A stretch of 64,000 bases of DNA from Yuukianura sp. NJ FZ-2021 (lineage: Eukaryota), in the NCBI GenBank assembly GCA_046563655.1, contig CM102288.1:4960001-5024000 (forward strand). The letters are read 5' to 3'. Each line of letters starts with the position of its first letter. Position 1 is the first letter of the stretch. Below are positions 50,342 to 63,136 of this stretch, piece after piece. The position numbers and the translations under genes were made by a program. A model generated the notes under the pieces. The model made no database searches, had not been told where the DNA came from, and saw nothing but the letters and a program-made list of their open reading frames with translations.

Positions 50342-53147
50342 ATGGAGTCACTTCCACTGCAAAACCTATTCCAATCCAAAATGTATCCCTCTGAAGAACC
50401 GTCTCAGTTCACGAATAAGGTTAGATTGTATAAACTAAAACACAATAAAATCAATTTAATAAAATATAAATAATCTACTGTGGTATGTTATGTAAAAAGG
50501 AGTCGAGAAATAAGAAAAATGACGTTCATCCTATCACTGACAAACTGGATTTCTACGCCAACCGGGTCCGAGAAGTGATGCCGAAAAGTGCTTGCTGCAA
50601 GGAACGGAGCGGCTGCGTGACGATCGCCGCAAAACCGCTACTCATTGCGTTTCAACTTCTCGCAATTTTTCCAGTCACCTTTCGAAAAAAGAGTTGCCGA
50701 TTTACGCATGCGTGGTGCTCATTTCCCTCTGCAGTGAACATCATCACTGCCTTGGTCACAATTTTCTGCAGCGTCACAGTGTTTACGCTGTCTGCAACCA
50801 CGATTGCCCAATTCCGCGGAACCGACCTTTACACCATTACGCTCGTAATGGTTTCTCAATTTGCCGCAACCTTCTTGGTTTTTGCAACGGGCAACTTCTG
50901 TGCCCCAAATTTTTGCAAAGGTGGGAATATTTTGTTTAACGTGTGGTTGGAGGAATTCGTTAGATACGATTTTCTGTAGGGCTTTTCGTGCACTTCCAGC
51001 GTGATTGGTACGACGCTCAGAAAACTACGACCACACTTTCCGTAGTAGCAGACTCCGCTAACTAACGCAGCAGGCACCTTTTTCACGAAAACTTAACCTT
51101 TCCTCCAGAAATCAAAGGATTTCTGGAAGATATTTGAGAAATCATGGAATTTTGCCTTACTGTGCCTCCTACGGCAAAGCATCTGAAAATTCGTAAAAAA
51201 ACTGCCTGCTGCATTGATTAGCAGCGTATGCTAATGCGAAAAGTGTGGTCGTAGTTTTCTGAGCGTCGTACCAATCACGCAGTAAGTGCACTAGAAGAAT
51301 GGGTCAAAGTTCATGATTTTGTTGTTTACAGTTTACTGTTTACAGACTGGGTAACCGTAAGATGGGGCGAACTGAGAATCAAGTGGGAATTTTGATTTTG
51401 AAAATTCAAAAGAAGGCAGTTTCGTTCTTTGTTCTTTTATTCACTCTCTCGTCAGTCAGTTGTCAGTTAGACAGCGATTGGCGAGTTATCATGTGTTGTG
51501 CAAAATTTCAGTCGTAAAGAATCCATCCGTTCGGGTTTTGCATGATTACATGGTGTGTAAAATCTAAATTCTCAGTCGTTGCCATGTCTACAAAACGTTT
51601 TTTGGCGTTATTTTTATTGACCTCCAGTCTCTCCTTAAATTTAAAAAAAATGTAAAGTTAGCTATTTATGTTTTGCCAGGGTGGCAAGGATTGCACGACG
51701 TTGCAAATGAACTGGAAGTCCCAAATTACAAAGTCATCAAACACTATTTGTGGTTCGTTCCAGTGGCGCTACTTTTTGAAGGCTCGATTAGCGCCATAAC
51801 TGTCTCTGCCCACGTAGGGAGCGGCAAATTTCAAATGCTCGTTTCACCCTACATTGCATTTTTTGCCTCCATGCTAGCCAACGTTATTCCAAATTTCATT
51901 ACGTTCAGCTTCGCCGTGATCTTATGGATTTGTACCTACTTCTTTGAATCCTTGAACCAATCAATTTCCGCCTGTCTGGACCATCCGTTGCATGACTTTT
52001 TGCCAGCAACAACCACGGCAATTGGCATTTATCCACAAGATCATGCCTCAAAATTGGCCAAACTTAGACAAACTCATGAGGACTTATGTGAAGCTGTTCG
52101 TCTTCTGGAAAAAGCATTTGGATTCCAGGTATATCATTGACTTCATGACTTCTGTTACTGGATACGCTTCACAGGAAATGCTGACTACGCGTCTCGAATT
52201 TAAAATTTGTTGAAATCTAACATTTTTTCCCCTTAATTTTAGCTGCTCGTAATTTTTCCAGCCACTGCTCTGCGCTTCATCGCTGGAATTTACGCCATTT
52301 TAACGGATGTGTTTGGTTTGACCCAGCCTGGAATGCAGAGTTTCGTTGCCACCCAGGGATTGGCTAGCATTCTAGCCGGTTTCCGCATAATGATTGTTAT
52401 TTTAAGCGCGGATGCTCTTATGACAAAGGTAAGACTCAAATTCACATCAGCTCTATTTTCAATCGCTGCTGTTGGTTGAGTGGAGGGTTGGTTTTGTGTG
52501 TAACCCCTCAAAATGTCTCTGAGTTTCATGAGTTGCATGTCTACCAACTTAAAACTCAAATTTTTATTAATCAGAGGGATCTTACTACAAATTACGAAAT
52601 ACATTGAAAAAGCAAAAACTAAAGTTTTGATTTTTAGGCAACGGGAGCTCTGAGGTCATTGAAACGAGCTCGATGCCCAAGTAGCACTGACGAACTCAAC
52701 GAAGAAGTATGAAACCAAAAGCTGTTCAAAATAATTTTTAAAGGGAATCATTTTGAAAACTTTTCAAAATTTTCTGTTATGAAAATCGTTTTTTGGTTAA
52801 GTAGTTCCCAGGTTCTTTCAAAAATTTTGTATTTATTTAAGATTGACGTATTTCTGTCGAAACTTGGAAGTTTTCCTTTGGAAATCAAATGCTGCAGCAT
52901 CATTACACTCAATCTGTCCTTCCTCTCTGGTGCAATTCCGAATGTCATCACATATGTAAGAAATATGTATTTCTCTCTCATTTGCATTATTTTTTCTCAA
53001 ATGTTTAAACGTTCAACTACGTTATTTTTTAATTTTTATTAGGTCCTTGTTCTGATGCAGTTCAAACAGGGAGATGAAAATAGTAATGCTTGCCCTGTGA
53101 TAGAAAATGCAACAAATTGCTCAAGCTCCTTGTCCTTTTCCAATTGA
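50342..53147 (+). CDS. Gustatory receptor (7tm_7 family), multi-exon
   Basis: QLLAIFPV N-terminal TM, HEDLCEAVRLLEKAFGFQ, short C-terminal exons and TM7 motif ITY|VLVLMQF (TYxxxLxQF). Confidence 0.85.
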
Positions 53148-53979
53148 AAACCACGCAAGTCTTAAAGAATCTTCACCAAAAATTTAATGCCCGAAACTCA
53201 CGTTACTACCTACATAATATGCTCTAAATGCTTTAATTTTAATAAACTTTTAATGACAAGTAGTTTGTAATTGTAGTTTTTGTTTCAAATATAATGACTC
53301 AAATAAACCTTCATGCGGCCATTAGTTTAGTTAGCTTGAGGAATGACTTTTATTAATGCAAGAGTTTTTTTGTTGTCAGTGGGCCAGACACACAGACAAG
53401 ACCGAATATAAACTTGCTTTCGCTACTTATGAGACTTGTTTACGCTTGACCAAGGAAGGAGTTGGCCCAAGAAGTTGATATTTACAGCGAACATCCCCAA
53501 ATTCAATAGTACAAACGGATCACTGTTTATACGGAGTCTCTTCCGAGGTTATTACTGGCATACCGCAACGGTTGCATGCAGACAGACAGACAGACAGGGG
53601 CAGTGTAGAAAGTCGCTTTCGCAGGAATCGATTTCTCGTTTCGTTTTTTTTCCTCCCGGCATCTAAACTCCTTAGATTTATAATTCAATTCTAATAACAG
53701 ACCCATGTTCAGAACAAAAAAAAAACGCCTTCAATTAAGGCTATATGGTATCAGGCCCATCTTTAATTAGAGATTAGAAAACCGAAATTTGGCAATCCCA
53801 CTTTCAGTTTTAATTTCTGATGTGAACATAACCTGTGTAAGTTAACCTAAACTAAAGCTGGACTTTTAGTATTAGAAACTTCAACAGCGAATTAACTGTG
53901 GTGTCCTTTCAGGCTTTATTCAGTGTCGATTTATTCAGATCCAAGTGCATCATTGATGTTTTTGATACAGCTTGGTAAA

Positions 53980-56900
53980 ATGGCTACGAAAGTTGAAAAT
54001 TTGGCAATTGAGAATAGATCCAACTCAACCACTAAAGAATTTGTCTCAGACAGTATGCTATTTACTATCAAGACACATTTGCACGAACCAAGCGGAAAAC
54101 TTCAAAATTTTGAAAATTCTACACGTCATTCCTACTTACCGTACCATCCTGAAGTGGTCCATTCCTGTCTCTGTCAAATCCTGTATCCCGTTGTCTTCCT
54201 CGTTTCATTTTTTGGTCTTTTTCCAGTAAATCTAGTCAAAGGGAGTTGTAAAATGAGTCATCAGTGGATTTCAAAACGGACAATTTTCAATTTGATTTGG
54301 TTCAGTATAGTGTTTACCTCATCCTGTTCACTCTACGTTCGAGTCATGAAGTTCTTTCGAGTCCATGTTGTCAATGGAACGGATTTCTACACATTTGGCG
54401 TCGTTTTTTTAATTCAAATTGGCTCTACCGTTGTCATCTTTTTCGCTGGCAATGTCAAAGCTCCTAAAGTTGTTCAAGGTAAAACTCAATAGAATCTAAA
54501 ACGAAAGAAAGAGAAAGATCTAAAACGAAAACAATCAAAGCCGGCAAAGTTTCTGACAAAATGTTAAATGCAGTCTGTTTAAAAAGCGCCTTGCATTAGC
54601 TTTATATAAAGTTGATTTTTTTTTGCTTTGAAGCTTGGAATGCGTTTCACCAAGTTGTGAGTTCCGTCGAAATGGATCATTTTCTGAAGCTAAGACGCCG
54701 ACTTTACGTTATTCCCGCTTTGGTTCTTCAAGAGACGCTTTTAAACTTACTTCTTGGTGTCTGGACTCACTACCAAGCGGTTTCTCCAGACCCTGTCATG
54801 GGATTCCTGATTCCAATTGCAGAGTTCTTGGTCACTTTCATCCCAGGTCTTTTGTCCAGCTCCTTCGTCGTCATTCTGTGGATAATAGCAGAACACTTTA
54901 GAACAATACGAGAGCGGCTGGAGAAGATCTTGCTCGGAGTCAAGTCACTTCCGGATGCTTATGACGACGTGATAGGCGGGAGCCTGGATCAAAAGCGATT
55001 TGGCCAGAAAATATTGACGTTGAGGTGCCATCATGAGGAGCTCGCTGGCGTCGTGAGGGATATGGAAGATGCTTTTGGAATTCAGGTTAGCACTAAAACT
55101 TGGATGATCATCGACGCAAATTTAGACGCTCAAGAATACACTTCATCAGGCTTGTGAAGAACTATTTTTGAGCGCTTATAAAAACTTGTTTTTGAGATTT
55201 GTCCTACTGTGTATTTTCTGTCTCATAGCAATGAAAGTTGGTTAACATTCTCTGAATGTTAAGCATGTTAATACTTTTGGACTTTGAAAAAACGTTTTCA
55301 AAAATATTTTGAGATATTTGGTGAATATTTTTGACCAGCCTGATGTCTATGGATCGTCCGCGTGGATGAAATTTAAAAAAAAAATCAGAATTGATTTTCC
55401 AATTACTGTTTTTTCCTTTTAAGTTAATTTTTTTCTATTTCCTGCAAAAAAAAATGCTTCTGCTTCCTGTAGATCTTGGGTGTGTTCGTGGCTACTAGCT
55501 TTGGGTTTGTTGCTGGAGTTTATGGCCTAATCATTTTTGCTCATGGACTCAACGAAGGAGAAGATGGAATCACCAAAATTACAGCAGCCTACAGTATTGG
55601 GAACATTTTTGGAGGACTGCGCCTGCTCCTCATCCTCTTTGTGTCGCAATTAGTCATGAATGAGGTATAAATTTATTTTTAAGCGTACTTTGGGCTTTGC
55701 AGAAAGTAAAAGCGGGAATACATCATTTTTATTTTTGATACTTTACGTCTTTAGGCCAAATCTCCTGCGGACGTTCTCAATAGATTAGGACGCCTAGACA
55801 CTCACGTCCAAATCGAAGTAAGTCCAACTTTTTTGTTGCCTGGAGTTAGCTTTGGTTAGGCTTTAAGTGAATCCGATTTAAGTTAACATTCACTAAACGT
55901 TTACGAAAAGCTTTAATTAGCAACGTGTCCCGAATAACATTTTCCGAACAGAGTGATCGCCTCCCTCAGCAAATTTGATACACAAATAGGGGTCGGAATC
56001 CGGAGCGGGTTTCTTAAAATCCGGATTTCGGATTTTGACGGATTTCAATCCTGAAATCCGGATTTAAATCCGGATTTCAATTTCTGTGTTAACTCCCATA
56101 AGAAATTCAAAATTGGTTTAAGCTGTAAGAAATGCAGGTTGGAAACACTCGTACCTAAAACCTTGATGATAAATTCGGCGTGTTTATTTTTTGAAACAAA
56201 TTACTAGTGTTGATAAAAAATAAAACATTGGCACAACATTGGCACAGCATTGGCACAACATTGTCACAACATTGGCACAACATTGGCACAACATTGTCAC
56301 AATATTGGCACAACATTGGCACAACATTGGCACAACATTGGCACAACATTGGCACAACATTGTCACAACATTGGCACAGCATTGTCACAACATTGGCACA
56401 ACATTGGTACAACATTGGCACAACATTGGCACAACATTGTCACAACATTGGCACAGCATTGTCACAACATTGGCACAACATTGTCGCAACATTGGCACAA
56501 CATTGTCACAACATTGGCACAACATTGGCACAACATTGGCACAACATTGGCACAACATTGTCACAACATTGGCACAGCATTGTCACAACATTGGCACAAC
56601 ATTGGTACAACATTGGCACAACATTGGCACAACATTGTCACAACATTGGCACAGCATTGTCACAACATTGGCACAACATTGGTACAACATTGGCACAACA
56701 TTGTCACAACATTGGCACAACATTGGCACAACATTGGCACAACATTGGCACAACAATACAAAATACAGCATTTTACGAACCCTGAAATTGAGTAAATCTG
56801 AGGTTGGCTTTTTTTTTGATACCGCACATGCCCTCGAATAGCTCTTGAAATCCGTAGAAATCCGGATTTCAGTATTTTAAAATCCGGATTTCGGATAATC

Positions 56901-57171
56901 CGAATCCGTCAAAAATCCGGATTTGAATCCGGAGCCAAAATCCGGATTCCGACCCCTATACACAAATGACATTCTTACGGTTTCTGGCTGATAATAAAGA
57001 TTGATTCAGCGAAACTGTTCTCAGGTGGACAAATTTCTGGCAAAACTCGGAAACTTCCCAGTTGGCGTTAACTGCTGCAATATATTTGGATTGGGAAACT
57101 GCTTCTTAGCAGCAGCAGCTTCAAATGTAGTAACTTACTGTCTCGTACTCATACAATTTCGACTGGACTAA
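53980..57171 (+). CDS. Gustatory receptor (7tm_7 family), tandem paralogue, multi-exon
   Basis: FFGLFPV, HEELAGVVRDMEDAFGIQ, terminal VTYCLVLIQF motif. Confidence 0.85.
55987..56958. mobile_element. hAT-type MITE with 8-bp TSD in the last GR intron
   Basis: TIR TAGGGGTCGGAATCCGG / CCGGATTCCGACCCCTA; tacacaaa at 55979-55986 and 56959-56966; aatccggatt palindromic subterminal repeats. Confidence 0.92.
56224..56755. repeat. 11-bp minisatellite (ACAACATTGGC)n, ~48 copies, inside the MITE
   Basis: Direct reading; variants ttgtc, acagc, ggtac. Confidence 0.97.
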
Positions 57172-57547
57172 ACACTTTGTTAAATTGATAATGTAAAACT
57201 CAAAAGCATTGTTAGGTTATTTTATTGAAATTTTATTTTATATTCGTTTCTTTATTTAGTTATTACTTATTTATTAAAACAATTTACCTAATTTTTAAAT
57301 CCAGCTTCAATTGCGACAGCAAAAGATTTGAATTTGCCGCAAAATATTCAAAGCAGATACCAAGTTTGTTTACCGATTCCTTATAGAAATTGGATACACT
57401 CTGGTGTAATAAAATAGTTTCGATTTAATATTGGAATTCATAACTTATGTTAGTCGTTTTCAGACAGACCGTAATTGAAAGACATATTGTGTGTAAGATT
57501 TTTTTCCTTGCTGGCCTGTGTCTGCTACAGCCGGGTCGCACGAGGTG

Positions 57548-59647
57548 CTAAGATGACATTCTGGATCGGATAGCCCTGTAGAAACAAGAAGGAAGTTCAC
57601 CAAAATTATTAAAAGTTCAAACATTGAAAGAGGGTGGTTTGAAGTATCATTAGTTAAATGGTTACCATAGCAGAACGAGCGGGAGTAGAAGTGACATGGC
57701 GGCCACTTGAAATATTAATCCGTGGGAGATCGGCCTTAGAACAGGGTACAGACCGTTGAATAAAGCGGAAGCGCTCAACGTACAAACGTCTTCCATAATA
57801 GCCACAAACGAAAACATCTTTCCTATGAATGTATTTGAAATATTTAGCACTTGAAGGAACCATCCAAAAATTAAACAGAAAATTTGGTTGAGGCATGGTT
57901 TAACGGACACAATTGTCGAAGCACAGTTTTGCCGCCGCCTTATACGCTTACGGCCTACATACAGGTGGCTGCGCTTTCCGTTTCAAGAAAAAAATATAAT
58001 CGTTATTCTTCAGATTAGGGCAACCAAAACTGTTTGCAGAGGTCGAGGTTAACCTAACCAAAACATAACCTAATCTCAACAGATTCTTACCTTGCTCATT
58101 AGGCTCCACAAGTTTCGACAGCATGGCACGAATTGTCGGTATGCTCATGAAACTAAAGAGTCCAACAATCGGTGCTAAGGAAATTCGTTCAAGTGAGAAT
58201 AATTACGATGTTTAGGCTATGTTATTGACGTTACAAATACGTTGTGGTGATTACCTAGAAAAGCAACTGTTGTGGAAGTGCTTCGTCCAAAACAGATGAG
58301 GCCAGCCATGCGTGAAATGGTTGCAATAAGGCAAACCGTCGCATCCGTCAGCTCCAGTTTTCGGAATATTGGCATTCCCACTATCAGCACGAGTGATCCA
58401 ATTGCAAACTTAAACCCAATGAAGTAAGAATAGAATTCTGGAGTCCAAGACAATGGAGCGTCTCGGGCAAATAAAAATCCCACATCCGCCTCACCTATTA
58501 GGTGAAAAAAGGCTTGAAAAAAATCTTAACCGACATAAAAGACATAACCTACGACACCTTTTAAAATTTTGAAACGTGACATACCTGCGGTGACCGTCAT
58601 CGTAAAAAATCCTATTACAAGTATTGTTAAAATCAGTCTCCTTCCGCCGTTCGGTCTGGATTTGAACGTCGTGTGTATTGCGGTTAGAAAGTGGTTGGAT
58701 CCAAAGTATCGGCGAAAAGAATGTTCTGCTGAAATCGGTCCTCCATTGTGCCCGTTAGTCAAGTTTCCCGCTTTATTTTTAGTTTCTTGCACCGCACTTC
58801 TATAATTTGGCAAAAGCGGGGAACTTTCTCCTGTTAAAGTGCTTCCATACCCAGAGAAAGTTAACGATTCATTCGATTCATTTCCCTCTCTGTTGACATT
58901 GTTGTCGTTGCTCACAGCACCTCTCGGTTTGGCGGGATTTTCAAATTCATAAGCCGACGGAATATTTTTGACAAACAGTACGACATAGAAAATTGCCAGT
59001 ACGTAGCATGTGAACATGAAAAGAAACGCATAGCCCGTTGAGGCAACTGAAAGAAACAGCGCCGAGATAAAGGGACCCACCGTTCCGCCAACAAATGTCA
59101 TCGCTTCCAGTCGTGAAATTCTCACCGTTCGCTGAACTTCTGTCGTTGTAGCTGCAATATATGATGCACAACTCATGATGCAACTCGTAAAACCACCAGT
59201 AAGTCCAGAAAAAACAGAAGCCAAGCAGATGTAACCAACATGAACTTCGGGATAGGCCGCTATGACAATATACACCAGGGAGCCGATGGCTGCTCCAAAT
59301 GGAGGAATGGCTACTGGCCATTTACGTCCGAATCTGTCAGACCAAGACCCGAGGTACACAGCCATAAGAATGGATGGGACAATTGAAGACACTGTGGAGA
59401 GGAATATCCAACCAGAAGAAGTCGCCTGTACATCGTCTAATATTGTTTGACTGGAGTTGGGGTTTGTGCTGGGTTGAAGGTCGTGGCAAATGGAGAAATC
59501 ATATTTCTGAAGACACACTCGAGAATAGACGAGATCTTGGAAAACGGAATACTGCGAAAATATTGCCAGCATGTGAAGGAACAGAACTGGTTCGACGGTA
59601 ACTGTTCGCAGAAAGTTTAAAATCGTAGAAAAGGCTATAGTGAACAT
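57548..59647 (-). CDS. MFS transporter, SLC46 (proton-coupled folate transporter-like), 5 exons
   Basis: TVEPVLFL start, GSWSDRFGRK motif A, SYIA...RTVR, IRAMLSKLVEPNEQG|KMFS, FNGLYP. Confidence 0.9.
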
Positions 59648-60834
59648 ATCAATTGAAAGTTGAACTTTGTGGGCATTTGTTATGCAAATACGCTAACATT
59701 TATGCAGAAACCTAATTTTACACTTTCTCACCCTAGATTTGTCCAAAATAATAAACTAAAGAAAAAGAAGATGCACTCGTCATGGTATGAGTGAGTGAGT
59801 AACCGCCGTCACAGTTTTAACAACTAATTATCACAATTTCCAATTTTAACGATAGTTTCAAATGATGATGATGTGAATGAAAGAATGAATTCGGTTGTTA
59901 CAAAATGTGAGTATAGTCTTTATAAAAAGTAACTAACCTTAAAAATATTGAAAACGAGAAAACACTTACATTACTTACGATTACAGTCACATCACAGTGG
60001 GCGGAGTAGTTGACTTTGCATGACCTTGATATGGGTTAAGTTCAATAGTCGGAATCTCGGCTGTGTGACAAAATGCAGAACTTACATATATCAACCTAAC
60101 AAAGTTGATTTTTGGCGTTTCCACATCCCGGGAATCTCAATTTTCAAAAAACTCACTCTTGATTTTCGCAGTTATGAAATGCATTTATTTCATTGCAATT
60201 GCGAAACTGATTTATAAATTATAAGGAGTTGTGAGAGTTGCATCCAAAATTGTTCAAGAATTTTGTAATCAAACATTATTATCATTAGTATTAAGTTAGT
60301 TATTATTTACTAGATATGAGATGATCATTACAGATGTTGGCGTTTTATTTTAAGCAAAACAAGCAAGCATTTGCTCTTTTTAATTTTTCTGCTGTTTTGG
60401 ACCCTGCCAACTAAACTTTTTCCAAAAAAATAACTTCAAACCAGAGACATTTGAAAGAAAAAATTAAAATAAATGCGTTGTACTTGTACAACTTAATTTA
60501 ACAAATGCACATTCAATTTTAATTGAAATGGATAAGGGGTAGTGAAAAATCATGTTTTCAGGCATTCAAATCGCGAATAGGAGTAAGCTTCTGTCCACAT
60601 TGACACTGACATCCTTCAACTGTTTGTGTGTTAATTTAAGTTAATTACACCATTAACTAATTAACTCGTTAACTGACGAGGTTTTTTTTTGCTTAAAAAC
60701 CATGGAAGCTGAAAGAAATTGACGATCAATGGTTTTGCTCAGCAAAATATAGTTCACTCGATACTATATTTCATTCCAACTAAAATTTTAGTTTAGCATT
60801 ATACTGTTTTGGAATACAAATTTGAGCAACAACA

Positions 60835-62730
60835 ATGTACCACACACCTAGTACGTCATTGCAAGTGAATATTGTAACACTATTGACTCAAATTGCAACT
60901 GGACAAAGCCATGGGGAAGCTGGAATATGCCAAACATGGATTTTTGTCAATGATCGAATTCCTTCACCCGCAAAATTTCAAAATTTTAAGTTCACCGCTA
61001 TGATAGTTCCAGTTATTTTTGCAAATACTGACATAAATATTTCTCAAAACTCGACACTGTTTTATCTGAGAGAATATGACGTCGATGATCTACTTTTCCC
61101 TCGGGCATTTGGAACACTGCGGCATTCCTTCAATTGCGCAACCGTCGTAGCGGAAATGGCGCATATTTTTGCTCTCAACCACCTCGTTCTCCAAAAAATT
61201 ACTAAGCCACACCTCGACTACTTTGTGCTCATCCGTACACTCAATTTTAAGCAGACGACCTGTCTGCAATTTCTAAAGCAATTCCGCTACGTTTACGTGT
61301 TCTTAGAAACTCAATTTCAAAATATGTGCCAAGTTGGTAGAAATCATCTTCCGTACTTTAGTAGAACGTGCGACGCAGTTTTTGTCGGAAAGGAGTTTGG
61401 CGTTTCTGGCACAAGTAGCCGTCCAGTAAGCCGGTTTCGAAATGACGCTGAAGGGCGTCACATTTGGACTGGTGGGAGCTACTTGGAGTTACTAAACGTT
61501 ATTGGTGCCAAATACAATTTCACATATCGGATATGGGATGCTACTCCATTTTCTTCTGGAATGCGCATGGAAAATGGTACTTGGGGCGGAGCCACAGGCG
61601 AGGTGTTTACACATACATCTGACCTAGCGCATGCCGTCGCTCCAAGTCAAGAACGACATCATATTTCCGATCCATCGGCATGTCCCGATTGGGGGCGACG
61701 AGTGTTTTACATTTCCACGCCACCGCCAAAAACTTATAGTCGCGTTGCAGTAATTTTGGCTCCGTTAAGTATTGCCACTTGGATTTTTACTTTAGCGATA
61801 ACTGTTCTGATTTGTCCAGTTTTAGTTACAGCGGCTACTTTTTACTTCAGAATGAACGTTTTAAACTTTCGAGCTATTGTGCTTTGCGGCGAAGTGTGTA
61901 ACGCTCTATTCCGAATTTTTCTAGAACAGTCAGCGACGCTGCGACACTGGAAGGCACACGTCGTGCGGTTTTTAATAATACTATGGGCAACGTTTAGTTT
62001 AGTATTAGGAACAGGGTATCGATCAAAACTTGTCAGTTTCCTGACATTTGTCCCGGCTGAGGTCATTCCCAAAGGTCACGACGAGTTGACCTTATCCGAC
62101 TATAAACTTTTTTTTCAGTCTTTTCGCGGACCAGCATATGATTTTACCATAAAATCTAAAGTTCCATACCACCAAAGAATGATTTCCAAAAGTAAAATTG
62201 TTACAAATCAGAACGAGTGCATAATTCTGGCACTAATGACCCCCAAGTCAGCGTGTTTCGACTATGACCTTGCAGACTTTACAATTATTTCAAACGCTAC
62301 GCTCTATTTGAACAGTGTTCAAACAATGATAAAATCTGTTGAAACTGATTTCACAGTTCCAATCGTTTATGCTTTTCGAAAGGGCTCACCGTTGCGGGAA
62401 ACCTTTGATCGTTGGCTATTAAATTCACTTGCTGGCGGACTGTTCAATTTTTGGAAAGAGAAGGACGCGTATGAGACGAAAGTCAATGCCTCTCATTGGT
62501 TAAGGAGCCAAGTTCATTCACCAATCAAAAAGAGAGTTGAAGAAATTATGAAACATGCGGCTATGATTGGCTTCAATTTACAGGCGCTGCGCATGCGGGA
62601 CGTCGTAGGAGTTTTTATTGTGCTGGTGTTTGGTGAATTTGTCGCTTTCGGCGGTTTCCTATTGGAGATTCTAAGTAGAAAAGTTGAGCTTCTCACAAAA
62701 AATTGTTCAATCTTTAATCTTTTTAAATAA
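60835..62730 (+). CDS. Divergent ionotropic receptor (IR), single exon, 631 aa
   Basis: KYNFTY...GMRMENGTWGGATGEV S1 lobe, LAPLSIATW TM1, FLEQS pore region, YRSKLVSFLT TM2, AFRKGSPL...GGLFNFW S2 lobe, LRMRDVVGVF TM3. Confidence 0.9.
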   Translation: MYHTPSTSLQVNIVTLLTQIATGQSHGEAGICQTWIFVNDRIPSPAKFQNFKFTAMIVPVIFANTDINISQNSTLFYLREYDVDDLLFPRAFGTLRHSFNCATVVAEMAHIFALNHLVLQKITKPHLDYFVLIRTLNFKQTTCLQFLKQFRYVYVFLETQFQNMCQVGRNHLPYFSRTCDAVFVGKEFGVSGTSSRPVSRFRNDAEGRHIWTGGSYLELLNVIGAKYNFTYRIWDATPFSSGMRMENGTWGGATGEVFTHTSDLAHAVAPSQERHHISDPSACPDWGRRVFYISTPPPKTYSRVAVILAPLSIATWIFTLAITVLICPVLVTAATFYFRMNVLNFRAIVLCGEVCNALFRIFLEQSATLRHWKAHVVRFLIILWATFSLVLGTGYRSKLVSFLTFVPAEVIPKGHDELTLSDYKLFFQSFRGPAYDFTIKSKVPYHQRMISKSKIVTNQNECIILALMTPKSACFDYDLADFTIISNATLYLNSVQTMIKSVETDFTVPIVYAFRKGSPLRETFDRWLLNSLAGGLFNFWKEKDAYETKVNASHWLRSQVHSPIKKRVEEIMKHAAMIGFNLQALRMRDVVGVFIVLVFGEFVAFGGFLLEILSRKVELLTKNCSIFNLFK

Positions 62731-62827
62731 ATAAACCGGTCTTAACCGGCTTCAATGAAAGTAGCGAAAGGTGGCATTATAATCGCATATATTCTACGAC
62801 TAGTTATATACAGTGATATTCAAATGT

Positions 62828-62938
62828 TGACCTTTGACACGAAAAGAGGTCACCTTGGGTCACATACTAACATGTTTTGCGCTGGTAATTTTTTTTTTAC
62901 AGGGATGACAGAAACCTGTTGACCTCGACCTTTGACCC
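62828..62938. promoter_or_regulatory. Cluster of nuclear-receptor half-sites including DR1/HNF4-like elements upstream of oxidase copy 3
   Basis: tgacctttgaca (62828), aggtca (62847), gggtca (62857), tgacct-cgacctttgaccc (62920-62938). Confidence 0.4.
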
Positions 62939-63136
62939 AGAAGACGATCACCCACAGGATAATATTTAACAGCAATTATCCCCGGGACTCCTGTGCAATA
63001 GTGAGAACAGGACCCTGGATTGCTAATGGGGATTTAACGATACATTTGATTATTGTGGTAACAGTAGTTAGGGATAGAAGCTATTAGCCTGAAGAAGCGA
63101 CTCACAGATTATTCTAAAGTGGAATCTTAAAGCAAA

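Noticed and set aside
53380..53600. (CAGA)n tract as a Helentron-like element (similar tracts at ~29570 and ~40440)
   Set aside because: Termini could not be defined from this window
56155..56841. Long ORFs in several frames (AQHWHNIGTTL / MLCQCCANVV repeats)
   Set aside because: Artefact of a stop-free 11-bp minisatellite inside a MITE within an intron
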